64,000 bases of DNA, taken from the NCBI GenBank assembly GCA_951406725.2, contig OX597823.1, forward strand, positions 20,398,001 to 20,462,000, written 5' to 3'. A model generated the notes under the pieces. It did no database searches and had not been told where the DNA came from. It worked only from the letters and a program-made list of their open reading frames with translations. This document shows, piece by piece, positions 24,765 through 38,750 of the stretch. Position numbers and translations under genes: made by a program. The stretch comes from Octopus vulgaris. Its lineage: Eukaryota. Each line of letters begins with the position of its first letter. Position 1 is the first letter of the stretch.

Positions 24765-24960
24765 GTCAGGAATTTTGAGGCGAGGGTGCAAGTCGATTAT
24801 ATCGACTCCAGTACTTGACCGAAACTTTATTTTATCGACACCGGAAAGGGGAAATATACAGTTGACGTCAGCGGAATTCGGACTCAGAATTTAAAGAACC
24901 GGAAGAAATATCGCTAATAATTTTTGTCCGGCATGCTAACAATTCTATGAGCTCACTACC
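24765..24960 (-). mobile_element. decayed SINE family C
   Basis: agtcgattatatcgactccagt...ttttatcgac...gcggaattcggactcagaa...gctaacaattct. Confidence 0.7.
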
Positions 24961-25398
24961 TTGATCCAGATATGAACATCCTGTGTTTATTTTGACATAA
25001 TTTCTATTGGTTCGTTTGTATGCGTATAAGAATACGATACAATGCATACAAGTTCTCACAACAAAATCATACATCCAGCATCCAGTAGACAATTTCGCAC
25101 ACAAGTGCGCACATAGGCAGAAACAGGGAAACATGTACATCTGCATACACACACACGCACATGCCAAAAGTAAAAAAAAAAAATGATTCCGTTTTGGAAA
25201 GCAAACGTAGCGTTCAGTAGAAATGACGCTTCATTTAATTCGGTAAACTGATGATTTTACAGAATGTTCTGTAAGAGATTCCCATTGGCAGCTTCGTTAA
25301 GTAGTTTGCAAATTTCATATCGATATACGTACACACATGCGAACGCGCTCATATACGCCTCATGAACAAACACGCACACAGATATAATAGTACTATGC

Positions 25399-25429
<31 letters not shown>

Positions 25430-25550
25430 GAGAGAGTTGGTATGTGAAAGTACGTGGTTAGATGTATAAAAAACAAAATAGAATTAAAACTACAGAAGAC
25501 TTGTATTATATATATAGATATATAAATACACACACACACACATATATCTA

Positions 25551-25600
<50 letters not shown>

Positions 25601-25611
25601 CATACACACAC

Positions 25612-25657
<46 letters not shown>

Positions 25658-25819
25658 CTGTTGATTCACCAGAAACATTAAATTAATAAATAAAAGACTC
25701 AATAGTATTCATTAAGAGATGGTAAGTGAAAAACTCTGATTACCACTAATTCCTTGTTTCCGATCATCACCTGATACACCTATCTTTCCTTTCTTTCGAA
25801 CTGCCCACTGTTTGAATAT

Positions 25820-26727
25820 ATTTGAAGGGATGAAATAAAAATTTGAAGGAAACGCTCATCTTTATCGTCATTTGAACTTCACGTGCTAAAACTTTCGAAG
25901 TAATAAAGCTAAAGGACGCAGTGTAAAGCCACTTGGTACAGATTGGCCTTGAACTCTGCTATGCATGCGCAGTAAGTTTTAACGTTCTAGCTCAGTTTTT
26001 CTGTTTACAGCAGTGCTTGGAATGAACGTGTGTAGCGTGTGAGGTTGCATTGACGATGAATCTTCATCAGCCTTTGCCAAAAGCTTGGCAATATCTGCTC
26101 AGAAGCCAACGGAAAGTCGCAGAAAGCGTATGGGAAGAAATGTATATGCCGAAAAAATGTTGATTGTGACGAACGCTCTGGGAGAGCCGCAACTAACAAA
26201 ACTGAGAAAAACATCGCAGATGTCCGTGCAGCTGTGATGGAAAATAGTCATTTCACCATCTGTGGGTTATCAGAGGATGTGCAGATTAGTTCCGGTTCAG
26301 TTCGGTCCATTATTACTGAAGATTTGGGCATGTGATGCGTGTCTGCCAAGTTCGTGTCAAAACTGCTTTCAGCTGAAAACGCAAATTCCCATTCAGCGCA
26401 GTTTGTGCAACTGTTTTTGGCTAGGCACATCCTTTTCCGGGTCAGACAGCCACCATATTTTCCAGATTTCGCCACTTCTGACTTTTGCCTATTTACAAAA
26501 ATCAAATCCCGCTTGAAAAGAAGATTTCAGGACGTCGAGGAAATCAAAGTGAATGCGACGAGGCAACAGCTGATTATTCCAGAAAATGATTTCCAGAAAT
26601 GCTTCCATAACAGCAAAGAGCGCTGGATTAAATATGTGGCTTCCGAAGGGGACTACGTTGGAGGAGACTAAATGTCAAATAAATACGTGCTGTAGATTTT
26701 TTTGATACTTATTGATCAGACCTCGTA
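25820..26727 (+). mobile_element. mariner transposon remnant, internally deleted
   Basis: N-terminal FCQKLGNICSEA..QKAYG; SAKFVSKLL (WVPxxL-like); QPPYFPDFATSDFCLF (YSPDLAP motif)...ERWIKYVASEGDY; right TIR reads tacgaggtctgatcaataagt on the minus strand. Confidence 0.88.
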
Positions 26728-26904
26728 TATGTATATACATACAGGCATACATGCATACATACGTACATACATACATACATACATACATACATACATACAT
26801 ACATACATACATACATACATGCATATGTATCAGTTTCTGTCGAAACATTTTGCGGATTATATTTGGTTAGTTGCTTCTGCATATTATACAGTTAATTTTA
26901 TACG

Positions 26905-27028
26905 AACCACATGGTTCCGGGTTCAGTCCCGCTGCGTGGCACCTTGGGCAAGTGTCTTCTACTATAGCCTCGGGCCGACCAAAGCCATGTGAGTGGATTT
27001 GGTAGACGGAAACTGAAATAAGCCCGTC

Positions 27029-27116
<88 letters not shown>

Positions 27117-27330
27117 ATGTTTGTGTGTCTGTGTTTGTCCCGCAACATCGCTTGACAACCAATGCTGGTGTGTTTACGTCCCTGTAACTTATCGGTTTGG
27201 CAAAAGAGACCGATAGAATACGTACTAGGTTTCCAACGAATAAGTCTTGGGGTCGATTTGCTCGACTAAAAGTGTTGCTCCAGTGTGGCCACAGTCAAAT
27301 TACTGATACAAGTAAAAGAGTAAAAGAGTA
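26905..27330 (+). mobile_element. SINE family A, 5'-truncated
   Basis: Starts at aaccacatggttccggg and has a complete tail. Confidence 0.9.
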
Positions 27331-27399
27331 TATATAAAATATAAACGTTAATTGTTTCTTCTTTATTCTACAGCTTTGGTAAAAAAAAAATTACCATTC

Positions 27400-28270
27400 G
27401 AGTAATTTTACCTTATTTGTAAGAAAAAGGGCTCAGTGTAAGGTCAACAGCATAAGAAAATTATGATCTGGAAGTACTAGGAACTGTTAACAAACACATG
27501 GCAAAAAACTGGTTCAGATGATTCAAGGAAGGTGACACCAGCCTGGAAGACGAGCCAAGAACAGGAAAGATTTCTGTGGTGGAAGTTGAGGCCCTTGATT
27601 GAAAACACTCGTATATTGTCAGCCGAATTAGTCCGTCAAAACGTAGCATCAATCAATGAATTTTCGTAATCCTAATAAAATAAATCAATAGCTTGTTTGA
27701 AGCCAAGGCCATGTTGTGAGTTTGGTGGGATTTCGAGGAGTTGTTGCGCTTTCAGCTTGTCGCAGATGGTCATGATGTGAACGGTAATCTTTATACTCAA
27801 CAACTTCAGCGAAGATATAATGCTTTGAAAGTACGCCACCCGGTATTGCTCAATTCAAGATGGTCATTACTATAGCATAAAAAAGCTCCAGTCCTCACAG
27901 CCGTTGTGACCAAACGCAAACTTGAGAGGCTGGAATTGCTGCTTCACCCTGCATTCCTACGTCGTTAGATTACCTCCTTTTCCGAGCCATTGTTCACTTC
28001 TTTCAAGGACGGAAGTTCAACAATGCGGATGAAGTCGAAAACGGGGGCAGGAGACTTTTGTCACTAAACCAACCCACCACCCAACCCAATCCAACCAACC
28101 AACCAACCAGAGTGTGCAATTGAGTCTATGGTACACCGATGGTCACAGACAATAGGATATGGTAGGATATATTTTGATGAATAAACGCTTTTCATATATA
28201 ATATGTATGAACTATTAAACTATTAAAGCTTGAAATACAAAATAAAACCCCAAAACTTTTAACTTAACCT

Positions 28271-28276
<6 letters not shown>
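27400..28276 (+). mobile_element. second mariner transposon remnant (different subfamily)
   Basis: NWFR*FKEGDTSLEDEPRTG; VWWDFE; VNGNLYTQQLQR; LELLLHPA; DYLLFR; TIR-like end cttttaacttaacctggta followed by (TA)n. Confidence 0.85.
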
Positions 28277-28317
<41 letters not shown>

Positions 28318-28413
28318 CGGGAAGCTTTATGAAAATAAACAAAAGACGAAGGCAGGTGGAATACAAACAAACAATTGTATTAGTATGGCGCTCAGGAATA
28401 TAAATAAAACAAG

Positions 28414-28451
28414 TCTTTTACGTTTCGAGCCTACGCACTTCAACAGAAAGA
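28414..28451 (-). ncRNA. minimal hammerhead-like motif with variant core, in a repeat spanning about 28318-28525
   Basis: Minus strand: tcttt CTGTTGA a gtgc-gtag-gctc GAAA C GT A aaaga. Stem I tcttt/aaaga; core has U in place of the conserved A6; one stem II mismatch. Confidence 0.55.
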
Positions 28452-29237
28452 TACACAGAAAAGAAACACGGAGAGAAACAAGGAGAGAAAAAAATGCGTG
28501 CAGAAGCTAGCGAATCAACATGGCGATATATATGTATGTATGTATGTGTGTGTGTGTGTGTGTGTGTGTGGCGAAATATCTGTATCCATCACTCCTGAAT
28601 AGGATTAGGGATGAGTTGTCTTGCCTGTCTCCGACTTTCAGGTGTTTTAACATCCAGTGCTTGGAGAAGGTCGAGCTTCAGGCGCTTTACCGCAGCAACC
28701 CGGTGAACAAGCAAAACACATAGACTGAGTATGTGCGGTCGCTAATACACGCACACACACACACACAAATATAGATATAATTGGTAACTGAAATAATATA
28801 TTTCAAATTTCGGAGTTTTAGGAATTACCAGAATGATTGTATATTCACGTCTATAGAATATATAAAATGATAGTCAGGATTAAACAAGTGAACCACTTAA
28901 ATTTCATAATACAGAATATACGGACATCGCGTAGGTAGCTTTATAGAAATATGGCGTTATCTAGTTTCGCAAGACGTCATAGCGCTATCAATTTGGGAAC
29001 GTTTCGCTTTCCACTAAAACAAATTCTGCAATTACACTTTAGCTTCTGCTTGTCAATCTCATAATGCAATTATACGCTACTTTAACTTTTCACTCTTTCG
29101 TTATATGTTCATCTGCAATTCTTAGTTTATGAACCTTTCCCGGCACGTTTGGGAATTTTCCATTTGAGTTGTTCCTCTCGAAAAATGTCAGGTTTTGGTG
29201 GTATTTGGATTTTAGAGTTTCGGATAAGATTAAACTC

Positions 29238-29380
29238 ATACATACATACATACATACATACATACATACATACATACATACATACATACATGCATACATA
29301 CATACATACATACATACATACATACATACATACATACATACATACATACATTCATGCATGCATACATGCATACAGACATA
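29238..29380. repeat. (CATA)n microsatellite
   Basis: Seen directly. Confidence 0.95.
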
Positions 29381-30536
29381 GAAAAAAATAGAAGTTGAAA
29401 ATGCACAGAGAACAGTTAAAATATTTTTCCTTATTATATTTAAAGATTTAACAGATTTCACAATTTACACTGATTTTCAAAAATTTGAAATAGGGAGACG
29501 TGGCTTATGTTGTAGCTGTCTTGCTTCTTACTAGTGTTTGAAGCTTGCCCTATTTTTATTGGGAGTTTATGGCTCCAATTAGTATGTTTTGTATAGGATT
29601 TGATTGGTAGAAGATAGTCACACGACTGGTCTTAGAAATGTTTGTTGGTTCCCCGCCTCGTCCCTGTGTTAATGGGTCAAACAAAGCTTCCTCTAAGAAA
29701 TAGACTGGCCATTCAGCGACAACAAATACGATAACCCCAATACTAGACATATTCCAATGAGTGGACACATAGACATATGTGCAAAAAATAAGTCCCCCAA
29801 ATTCCAGATTTCCCACTCCCCCTATGTTCAGCGAATACCATAGATGAAGTACGAAAAAACAAAGAAAATACTTTCATACAAAAATACAAACCAAGACTTA
29901 ACAAATTTTTACAGAGTACATATACAAATAACTATTCACACAAAATTCATTCTGCCATTTAAGTTGAGGAAGCTACATAGCTAATAACCTAAACTTTAGC
30001 CTGGACTACATACAAACGACTCGTGTACCCTCTCTCAGCAGACAGATTAAATTTAGAGTGTTTTGATTGTAACTAAACATGTTCATTCTACCGTGTCCGC
30101 CTCTTTTTAGACTCAAAATATACTCTCACGTAACACTAATGCGCGGACGTAGCAGGAAACATACGCAAGGTTCAGAACTTAACCACGTGTTCATGATCTG
30201 CAAAAACTAGACAGAAGTTTCTGAGCATTGATTGTTTGGACATGTTAAATCTTTAAAGATAATGATAAAAAATATTTTAACTATTCTCAGTGTATTTTTG
30301 ACTTCTATTTTTCTTATATTTCTACCGGTGTAGAATGAAATAATTTTCCTTTCTATATATTTTCTAAGAGACCATAAGTCAGAGAAAGGATGCACTCGTA
30401 TATCTGTCAGTAGAGTGGGTATGTGTCCTAAAACATATAAGCATATACATTTATGTGGCATACATACAAGTAAAAATACGTACACACACATATATTTGTA
30501 CATATATGTACGCATATATATATATATATATATGTA

Positions 30537-30592
<56 letters not shown>

Positions 30593-30974
30593 CACCATAC
30601 ACGCACCTATACACACACCTATACACACATGCATACACACATACATATATATATGATAGAAGATGGAATGAAAAAATGACATTTATTATTTTAAACCACT
30701 ACAGTTGTTTACACTTTTGATACATAGGCGAAGTGTTATGTAATCGTTTCCTCTGCCTAAGGTGTGGAATACGCCTCCTCTGTGTGTTGCTTATATAAGG
30801 TCTTCGTTAGATTCCACTGCCATTTCATTCAGTATGAGAATGCATACGCAAAGCAGTGTATTATTTTCAGCAGTCCAGAGACGCTTATAAACCCATAGTT
30901 TATAGTGACGGACAAAGTGTAATTATAATCAAATTCGTTTATCTATGGATACTAGGGAATTCAGGTAGTCAATA

Positions 30975-32030
30975 ACAATTGTTGTCCTCCAAGTCACCAT
31001 CCACGCGGGGACTGCACATTTTTGGACACACTCATTCAATTGGGCTGCTAGTCTTTCATGCACCGCGTGGCATCTCTTCAGCCAGAATCCATGAGTCCCA
31101 TCTGGTCCGGGGACTTTCCAGTTAGGCACTTTGCTCACTTGTTCTTTCACATCACCCGTGCTTATGACAATGTTCCTTTGTTTCTTTCCTCCTTGTAATT
31201 CTGTCTTGATAGTTCCTATCCACATTGCATCCCTTTTATGCACCACATTGTTTCCCCATAATCCGCTCCAAAACTCCTTGCTCAATTTTTCCTCGATCTT
31301 GCCATGTCCGCACTATGTCCCTTACAATACGTCGTTTCCACTATTGTTCGCTTGCTTCACTATTTTTGTCCCCTTAAGTTGTAATTTCTCATCAACAAGT
31401 AGCGCAATAGACCGGAGAAGATTCCTTGTTTGTGTTATGTCCTCCGTCTGGATGTATGGTATGACAGTGTTTATCTTTTGTGTTACTTTATTTATCATAC
31501 TCCTGGAGGCGCAATGGGCCAGTGGTTAGGGCAGCGGTCTCGCGGTCATAGGATCGCGGTTTCGATTCCCAGACCGGGCGTTGTGAGTGTTTATTGAGCG
31601 AAAACACCTAAAAGGTCCACGAGGCTCCGGCAGGGATGGTGGTGATCCCTGCTGTACTCTTTCGCCACAACTTTCTCTCACTCTTACTTCCTGTTTCTGT
31701 TGTACCTGTATTTCAAAGGGCCGCCTTGTCACTCTCTGTGTCACGCTGAATATCCCCGAGAACTACGTTAAGGGTACACGTGTCTGTGGAGTGCTCAGCC
31801 ACTTACACGTTAATTTCACGAGCAGGCTGTTCCGTTGATTCCGATCAACCGGAACCCTCGTCGTCGTAACCGACGGAGTGCTTCCATCCATCATACTCCT
31901 ATCTACCCTTCTCATATTCACGTTTTTGTTTTCTTTTGAAGCATTCATCGAGACAGTTAGTCGTCTTTGAATTTCAAGCAATTCATTATTTAGTTGGTTC
32001 ATTTCCCCTGTATGTCCATCCACCACAGCA
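30975..32030 (-). mobile_element. R4/Dong-clade non-LTR retrotransposon fragment (N-terminal to start of RT), split by a SINE B
   Basis: KEFWSGLW...VPNWKVPGPDGTHGFWLKR...VPAWMVTWRT. Removing the SINE joins NMRRVDRSM to INKVTQKINTVIPYIQTEDITQTRNLL..., then WKRRI in a shifted frame. Confidence 0.8.
31505..31889 (+). mobile_element. SINE family B, 11-bp TSD
   Basis: TSD atcatactcct at 31494-31504 and 31890-31900. Confidence 0.93.
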
Positions 32031-32097
32031 TATCGTCATTGTCGTCGTCGTCGTCGTCATCATCATTCCTCTTCTTCTTCTTCTTCTTCTTCTTCTT

Positions 32098-32194
<97 letters not shown>

Positions 32195-32200
32195 TTATTC

Positions 32201-32253
<53 letters not shown>

Positions 32254-32260
32254 GTTATTA

Positions 32261-32340
<80 letters not shown>
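32031..32340. repeat. (GTC)n-(CTT)n-(ATT)n compound microsatellite
   Basis: Seen directly. Confidence 0.95.
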
Positions 32341-32341
<1 letters not shown>

Positions 32342-33210
32342 TATGTTTGTCTTTTGCTTTATGTCTGTACAAGTTGGCTCCAAGTCTCACCCAGAGACCT
32401 CAAGAGACAACAGGTTGGAAGTTCATGTTGTTGTTATGCCTAGTGTGCCATATATTTGTTTTTTTTTTTGTGTTGTACTAGTGAATGTCTAATACATAAA
32501 TTTAAAAAAAAAGTTTGTTTTAAACCTTAAGATTACATAGAGAGTAGGATATGAGCAGTTCCCATGAGCACAATCCTTTGAATTTCTGCCATTTTGGGGT
32601 TTCCTGGTATCTGAGTTAGGTAGCAATCAGCCCCTTTCGCTATCATTCCCAGGGTACCTATGACAACAGGTATTGTTTTAGTCTTCAAGTTCCACATTTT
32701 GCTGATTTCTATTTCAAGATCTTTATATTTGCTCAGTTTTTGGTAGGTCTTGACAGATACGTTTATATCGATTGGGACAGTCATATCAATGAGGAGGCAT
32801 GTTCTTTGTCTGAAGTCTTTCAATATGATGTCTGGCCTATTTGCGTCTATCTTTCTGTCAGTTTGAATGGCGAAGTTCCAGAGGAGTGAGATGTGGTCAT
32901 TTTCAAGCACTGGAGGTGGATTGTGTTCCCACCAGTTTTTTTCATGGGGCAAATCCAGGTTTTTGCGAATTACCCAGTGAATATATTGTGCAGCTCTATC
33001 ATGCCTGTTGAGGTACTCTGTAGGCGCTAGAAGACTGCATTTGGAGACAACATGATCAATGGTTTCATTTTGTTGTCGGCATACACGACATGTTGGGCTA
33101 CTGCCGTTCTTTAATATGTTGGCCTGGTAGTTTCTTGTTGGTAGGCGTTGATCTTGAGCTGCTATGATAAACCCTACTGTTTCAGATTTTAAGCCAGAGG
33201 CCATTAGCCG
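32341..33210 (-). mobile_element. 5'-truncated R4/Dong-clade retrotransposon 3' end in a (TAA)n array
   Basis: ORF 32533-33204 has a CCHC knuckle (CRVC...ETIDHVVSKC), RHD, and restriction-like endonuclease RPDII...IDMTV...KLSKY; ~190-bp 3' UTR; trinucleotide A/T tracts on both sides. Confidence 0.92.
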
Positions 33211-33261
33211 TTATTATTTTTAATAATAATAATGATAATAATAATGATAATAATAATGATG

Positions 33262-33339
<78 letters not shown>

Positions 33340-33654
33340 GTAACAATAACATATATATATATATATATATATATACATATTTGTTTATTAATTTTGCGCT
33401 TAGGCTCAGAATCCTAGGAGCCTGGTGTAAGAGCTCAATACGCATATGCTTCAAAATAATGCATCGGTCGAGTATAAACCTTAATGTGAAACAAAATCAG
33501 AAAAGAAAACGGGATTATACAATGAACGTCATAAGATTACAGCTGTTTCTGCGGTTCACTCAGAGGTGAGTGCACTGCATCAAATAGCAGAAACATCTGT
33601 AAGATAAGGAAGTTTCCTGAATAATCTGCCATCCTCTTTTCATTTATTTACTTA

Positions 33655-34010
<356 letters not shown>

Positions 34011-34686
34011 GCAATCCCTCTATTGATCTAACTATTTACGCATACCAGGGGCAACTTCACGAACGATCTGTACACATCGATAACAGGTTTGTGTGTTGTT
34101 GAAGCCAATACAAGAAAGGTAAGTCCTAGCAACAGCGTCAACAAGAGTAATCTGCAGCAGGTTCGATGTTGCTACGTCAAGGCACAGTCTCAATTAAATA
34201 TAAAGTAACATATATATTAGCATTAATTTGCGAATTCAACAAAAAATAGCAAAAGACAAGAAAATTGCATATGGTATCAAGTAACACATCTATCACTTGT
34301 TCAGTTGCGCTTGTGAATACACAACTCTGATTTCGTAATTTTCTTTCTAAGATAACTCATTTTAAATATTTATAAGAGTTTCATAGTCGTCCAATAGTCT
34401 ACGATTATATCGATTTTCTTCACAGTTAATTTATAAACTACGTTTTCTACTAATACAAAGGCGTGCTAATGGAGAAATGTTTATGAAATCATACTGATCT
34501 CTAGAAAAACAGCCAAGTCTCGCTTAGATCACACTATATTATCATGATAGAAAGAAAGAATACATTTACTAACATAGCAATATAATAAGAGTAAGTAATA
34601 GCTTTAATGGTTTAAAAAAAACCCAACAGTTATTTACTGGTAGATTTCGCCATTAACGGTAGGAACTTCTATAAAAGTTCAATATA

Positions 34687-35079
34687 TCTTTATATATAAA
34701 AGTGAGGTTGTGTGCTGTCTGTCTCCTACGATTTAGATTCCTAACTACTCCCACATTTTGCGGTGCAGTTTAACCAAAAGCGGGTATCTTATAGTCATGA
34801 TTCATATCGAGCCCTTCTGGGTATTAGCGCGCATCTACGATGAGTCTACGATTTAAAAAAAAAATTACCATCAATTTTTCCCATTTTTAATGCATTTTTG
34901 GCATATATAAGGGAAGTAACTCTCTAAAAATTTATTATTAAATCTCAGAACGTAAAAAGCTACAGTACCCCCCCTTTGTGGTTAGCCATATTGAGATGAC
35001 TATTATACTTTACATCTCTAAAACTGCTTATATAGTTATTTGCCTTACAAACCCGAGCAACGCCGGGCGATACTTCTAG
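34687..35079 (+). mobile_element. non-autonomous Helitron family N1, variant interior
   Basis: a|TC...cccgagcaacgccggg...CTAG|t; one internal subrepeat is replaced by a different ~100-bp segment. Confidence 0.88.
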
Positions 35080-35126
35080 TTTTGTATATAAATAAAAAAG
35101 GCAGGCAAAATCTATTCTAGTGGAAG

Positions 35127-35193
35127 TTTAGGCTGACGAAGGACTTGGAATTGATATTTTATTATATTCCTAATCCAGAAACGCGTTCGTAAA
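35127..35193 (+). ncRNA. type I hammerhead ribozyme motif (Penelope-type)
   Basis: tttagg CTGACGA a gga-ctt-ggaat...attcc-taa-tcc a GAAA CGCG TT cgtaaa; palindromic stem III; stem I has one mismatch. Confidence 0.7.
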
Positions 35194-35629
35194 TAACCGT
35201 TAGACTTTGTTTTCGTTATTTCTTCCTTCTGTTTTGCATATGTGAATTACAGGGATATGTCGTATGTGGAGTCTCATTTGTAGAAAGTAGAAATAAACAG
35301 TCTTTGACTGCTATTTCTAATTTTTTCGGTATGTGGCTAAGCAACATGTTGCCTGCCTTTTTTATTTACTAACATAGCTGTAGATACACTGTTCATTGAA
35401 TAAACAATGTGTGGGTGTCACGGCCGGAATTCCTTTGATGATGAAGCTGTTCAATCAGGTATAACCAGAGTTATACATCAACGACATTAAATGCTGCAAC
35501 ATGACCAAGAACTACATGAAAAACAACCACAGCACGATATATCATATTCCCCTGATGTTTACGACGTAAACTAACCCTTAGATATATAAAGAAATATGGA
35601 TCTAGAATTAGATCTCAGATGAATCATAT

Positions 35630-35708
35630 CATTATCCACTAATTAGTTGTTGGAAATAGTTATTATCCACTAATTAGATGTTAGACATGGCTATTATCCA
35701 CTAATTGG
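35630..35708. repeat. three-copy ~32-bp minisatellite
   Basis: attatccactaatt occurs three times. Confidence 0.8.
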
Positions 35709-36081
35709 TATCTGAAGTACGTTGTTTATGTAAATATCAATAGGCATGTAAATGACTTTTCAATTTATTATCTTATTTTAAAAGCTAGCAAAAATTTTGA
35801 TAATAGGATGTTCAATGATGAATGCGTTCGGTATGATGACAATGTTACATTAAAGATCTTCTGTAGCAAGTGTTGCATGGATAATTTCATGATCAACAAC
35901 GACAGAAGCAGAAAAATATGCTTTGAAAACCCACCAACTGGGGGTGGGTGGTGGTGGTGGGGGCCAAACTTTACAAAAGAATCTAAGTGGGTTTGTTCAA
36001 CCTGATAGAAATATCAGCTAAACCTCTTTTAATCATACCCCCAAATTCTTGAAATCGGATAAATATATTAGATTGTGTAGT

Positions 36082-36486
36082 TTACTCTTTAATTCTTTTA
36101 CTTGTTTCAGTCATTTGACTGTGGCCATGCCAAAGCGCCGCCTATAGTCGAGCAAACCGACCCCAGGACTTATTCTTAGTAAGCCTAGTACTTATTCTAT
36201 CGGTCTCTTTTGCCGAACCGCTAAGTTACGGGGACGTAAACACACCAGTATCGGTTGTCAAGCGGACAAACACAGACACACACACACATACACACACATA
36301 TATATATATATATACATATATACGACGGGATTCTTTCAGTTTCCGTCTACCAAATCCACTCACAAGGCTTCGGTCGGTCCGAGGCTATAGTAGAAGACAC
36401 TTGCCCAAGGTGCCACGCAGTGGGATTGAACCCGGAACCATGTGGCTGGTAAGCAAGTTACTTACCACACAGCCACTCCTACGCCT
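36082..36486 (-). mobile_element. SINE family A
   Basis: Reverse complement of family A with a small internal deletion. Confidence 0.92.
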
Positions 36487-37289
36487 GTAGTTTGTAGATA
36501 TCCTTAAAGAGATTGGATGATCACGACTGGAATGACTTTGATAATTTATCTGATCATTCAGGGCTGGCCTGGAGCTAAATAAACCACAATTAAAAACAAT
36601 ATTTAAGCAAGTCGAATACAGAACCTGGCTTTTCTTGTTTGGAAGAGTACCAAAATTTCCAATAAACTTCACCTTATCGAATTACAAAAGAAGAGATTGG
36701 ACAGCGTAGCTTGGAGTGCAGTTTTCCCAAAAGTTAAGCGAATATCTGAGATCATCACGAGTTGAATGTCTTTGATCAGGCTTAAGTTAAAGCTAAACAG
36801 CGACAACCTTAATATGATAGAATTTGTGTTGTCAATGTAATGAGTAGAAAAAGTGACTGAAACGTGAATATCCATTAGGATATCGAAACAGCTCATCAAT
36901 TTCATTTGATCCACTGATTCTACAAAGAACACTTGTGAATAGTATTGGTTAGAGAAACATCATAGATAACAAACTGAATTGACAAAAGCAAAAGCAAAAA
37001 AAACAAAAACAAACCAAAACAAACAAACAAAAAACACACGAATTCGTTGATGCTGAATTATTCAGTAGCTCTGAAATAAATGTATCGAATATATTATGAA
37101 AGATACAGAGCAGTTTGAAAAGACATGTATTCTCAATATTATGTAGACCTCGGTTTTTGAGGTTGGATTAGGAAAAAAATGGTAAAGTTTTACTTATTTT
37201 TTTTTTTTGTGAAATGAAAATAAAATTGCAATCACTTTGTCTACAGAGTTTCATTAAAAGTATGAACGTAAGCGGACGAAATTATACAA

Positions 37290-37453
37290 TAGGCGCAGGA
37301 GTGGCTGTGGGGTAAATAGCTTGCTTACCAACCAGATGGCTCTGGGTTCAGTCCCACTGGGTGGCACCTTGGGCAAGTGTCCTCTACTATAGCCTCGGGC
37401 CGACCAAAGCCTTGTGAGTGGATTTGGTAGACGGGAACTGAAAGAAGCCCGTC

Positions 37454-37518
<65 letters not shown>

Positions 37519-37765
37519 CATATGTATATGTATGTATTTATGTGTGTATATGCTTGTGTGATCTGTTTGTGTCCCCAGCATCGGTAAACAACCGTTGCTG
37601 GTGTGTTTACGTCCCTCTAACTTAGCGGTTCGACAAAAGAGACCGATAGAATAAGTACTAGGCTTACTAAGAATAAGTCCTGGGGTCGCTTTGCTCGAGT
37701 AAAGACGGTGCTCCAGCATGGCCGCAGTCAACCGACTGAAACAAGTAAAATAGTAAAAGAGTAAA
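37290..37765 (+). mobile_element. SINE family A, full length
   Basis: Matches the family A pattern. Confidence 0.92.
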
Positions 37766-38255
37766 GGAGCAAGATCAATATAGCAAATCAAGAAGTCAGA
37801 AGCTCGTACTTTGTCGTCGATGTCACATTGCGCTTGTGGCAAACAGTCCAACGCATCTGGTTATAGATTTTTTAAAAATCATCTTTGAGAGTCTTGATCT
37901 AACAGCCGTGTGCTCATTAACGCCCCATTATTGACCGTCTTAAATTTCCTACAGGTATAGTATATTCAAGAATGTAGTATCGAATGTTTTTGAGATGTAC
38001 TGATTTCGAAGGGTATTTTATTCCAATTCTTGGGAGTTTAAGAGGCGATACGGACTGGCTCTCTCAACACCTTACCAAACTCTATATGGTAACAAAGATT
38101 GAGCATATATGTTAGTCATTATCTGAGGGAGAAGCATTTTTAATATGGCATGTGATATTTGCAATACGGATTTCAAACCCCTTCAGACCAGTAACTGCCT
38201 GTGATAGAGCAGACTCACAATCCGGAAATATGTCTTGCATTTGATAAAATCCATA

Positions 38256-38750
38256 TAGGCGTAGGAGTGGCTGTGTGGTAAGTAGCTTGCTAACCAACCA
38301 CATGGTTCCGGGTTCAGTCCCACTGCGTGGCATCTTGGGCAAGTGTCTTCTGCTATAGCCACGGGCCGACCAATGCCTTGTGAGTGGATTTGGTAGACGG
38401 AAACTGAAAGAAGCCTGTCGTATTGATTTTAATTTTGATTTTGATTTTCCAGTTTCAGCTAATGAGCTGTGGCCATGCTGGGGCACCGCCATTTTGTATA
38501 TATGTATATGTATATAAGTGTGTGTGTATATGTTTGTGTGTCTGTGTTTGTCCCCCCTAGTATTGCTTGACAACCGATGCTGGTGTGTTTACGTCCCCGT
38601 CACTTAGCGGTTCGGCAAAAGAGACCGATAGAATAAGTACTAGGCTTACAAATGATAAGTCGTGGGGCCGATTTGCTCGACTAAAGGCGGTGCTCCAGCA
38701 TGGCCGCAGTCAAATGACTGAAACAAGTAAAAGAGTAAAGAGAAAGAGTA
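38256..38750 (+). mobile_element. SINE family A with an antisense ~70-bp retro-tail nested at 38423-38493
   Basis: The insert reads ggcggtgccccagcatggccacagctcattagctgaaactgg(aaaatc)n on the minus strand. Confidence 0.88.

Noticed and set aside
36669-36932. 87-aa ORF with a possible acceptor and weak donor
   Set aside because: No recognisable motif, weak splice signals, and length compatible with chance.
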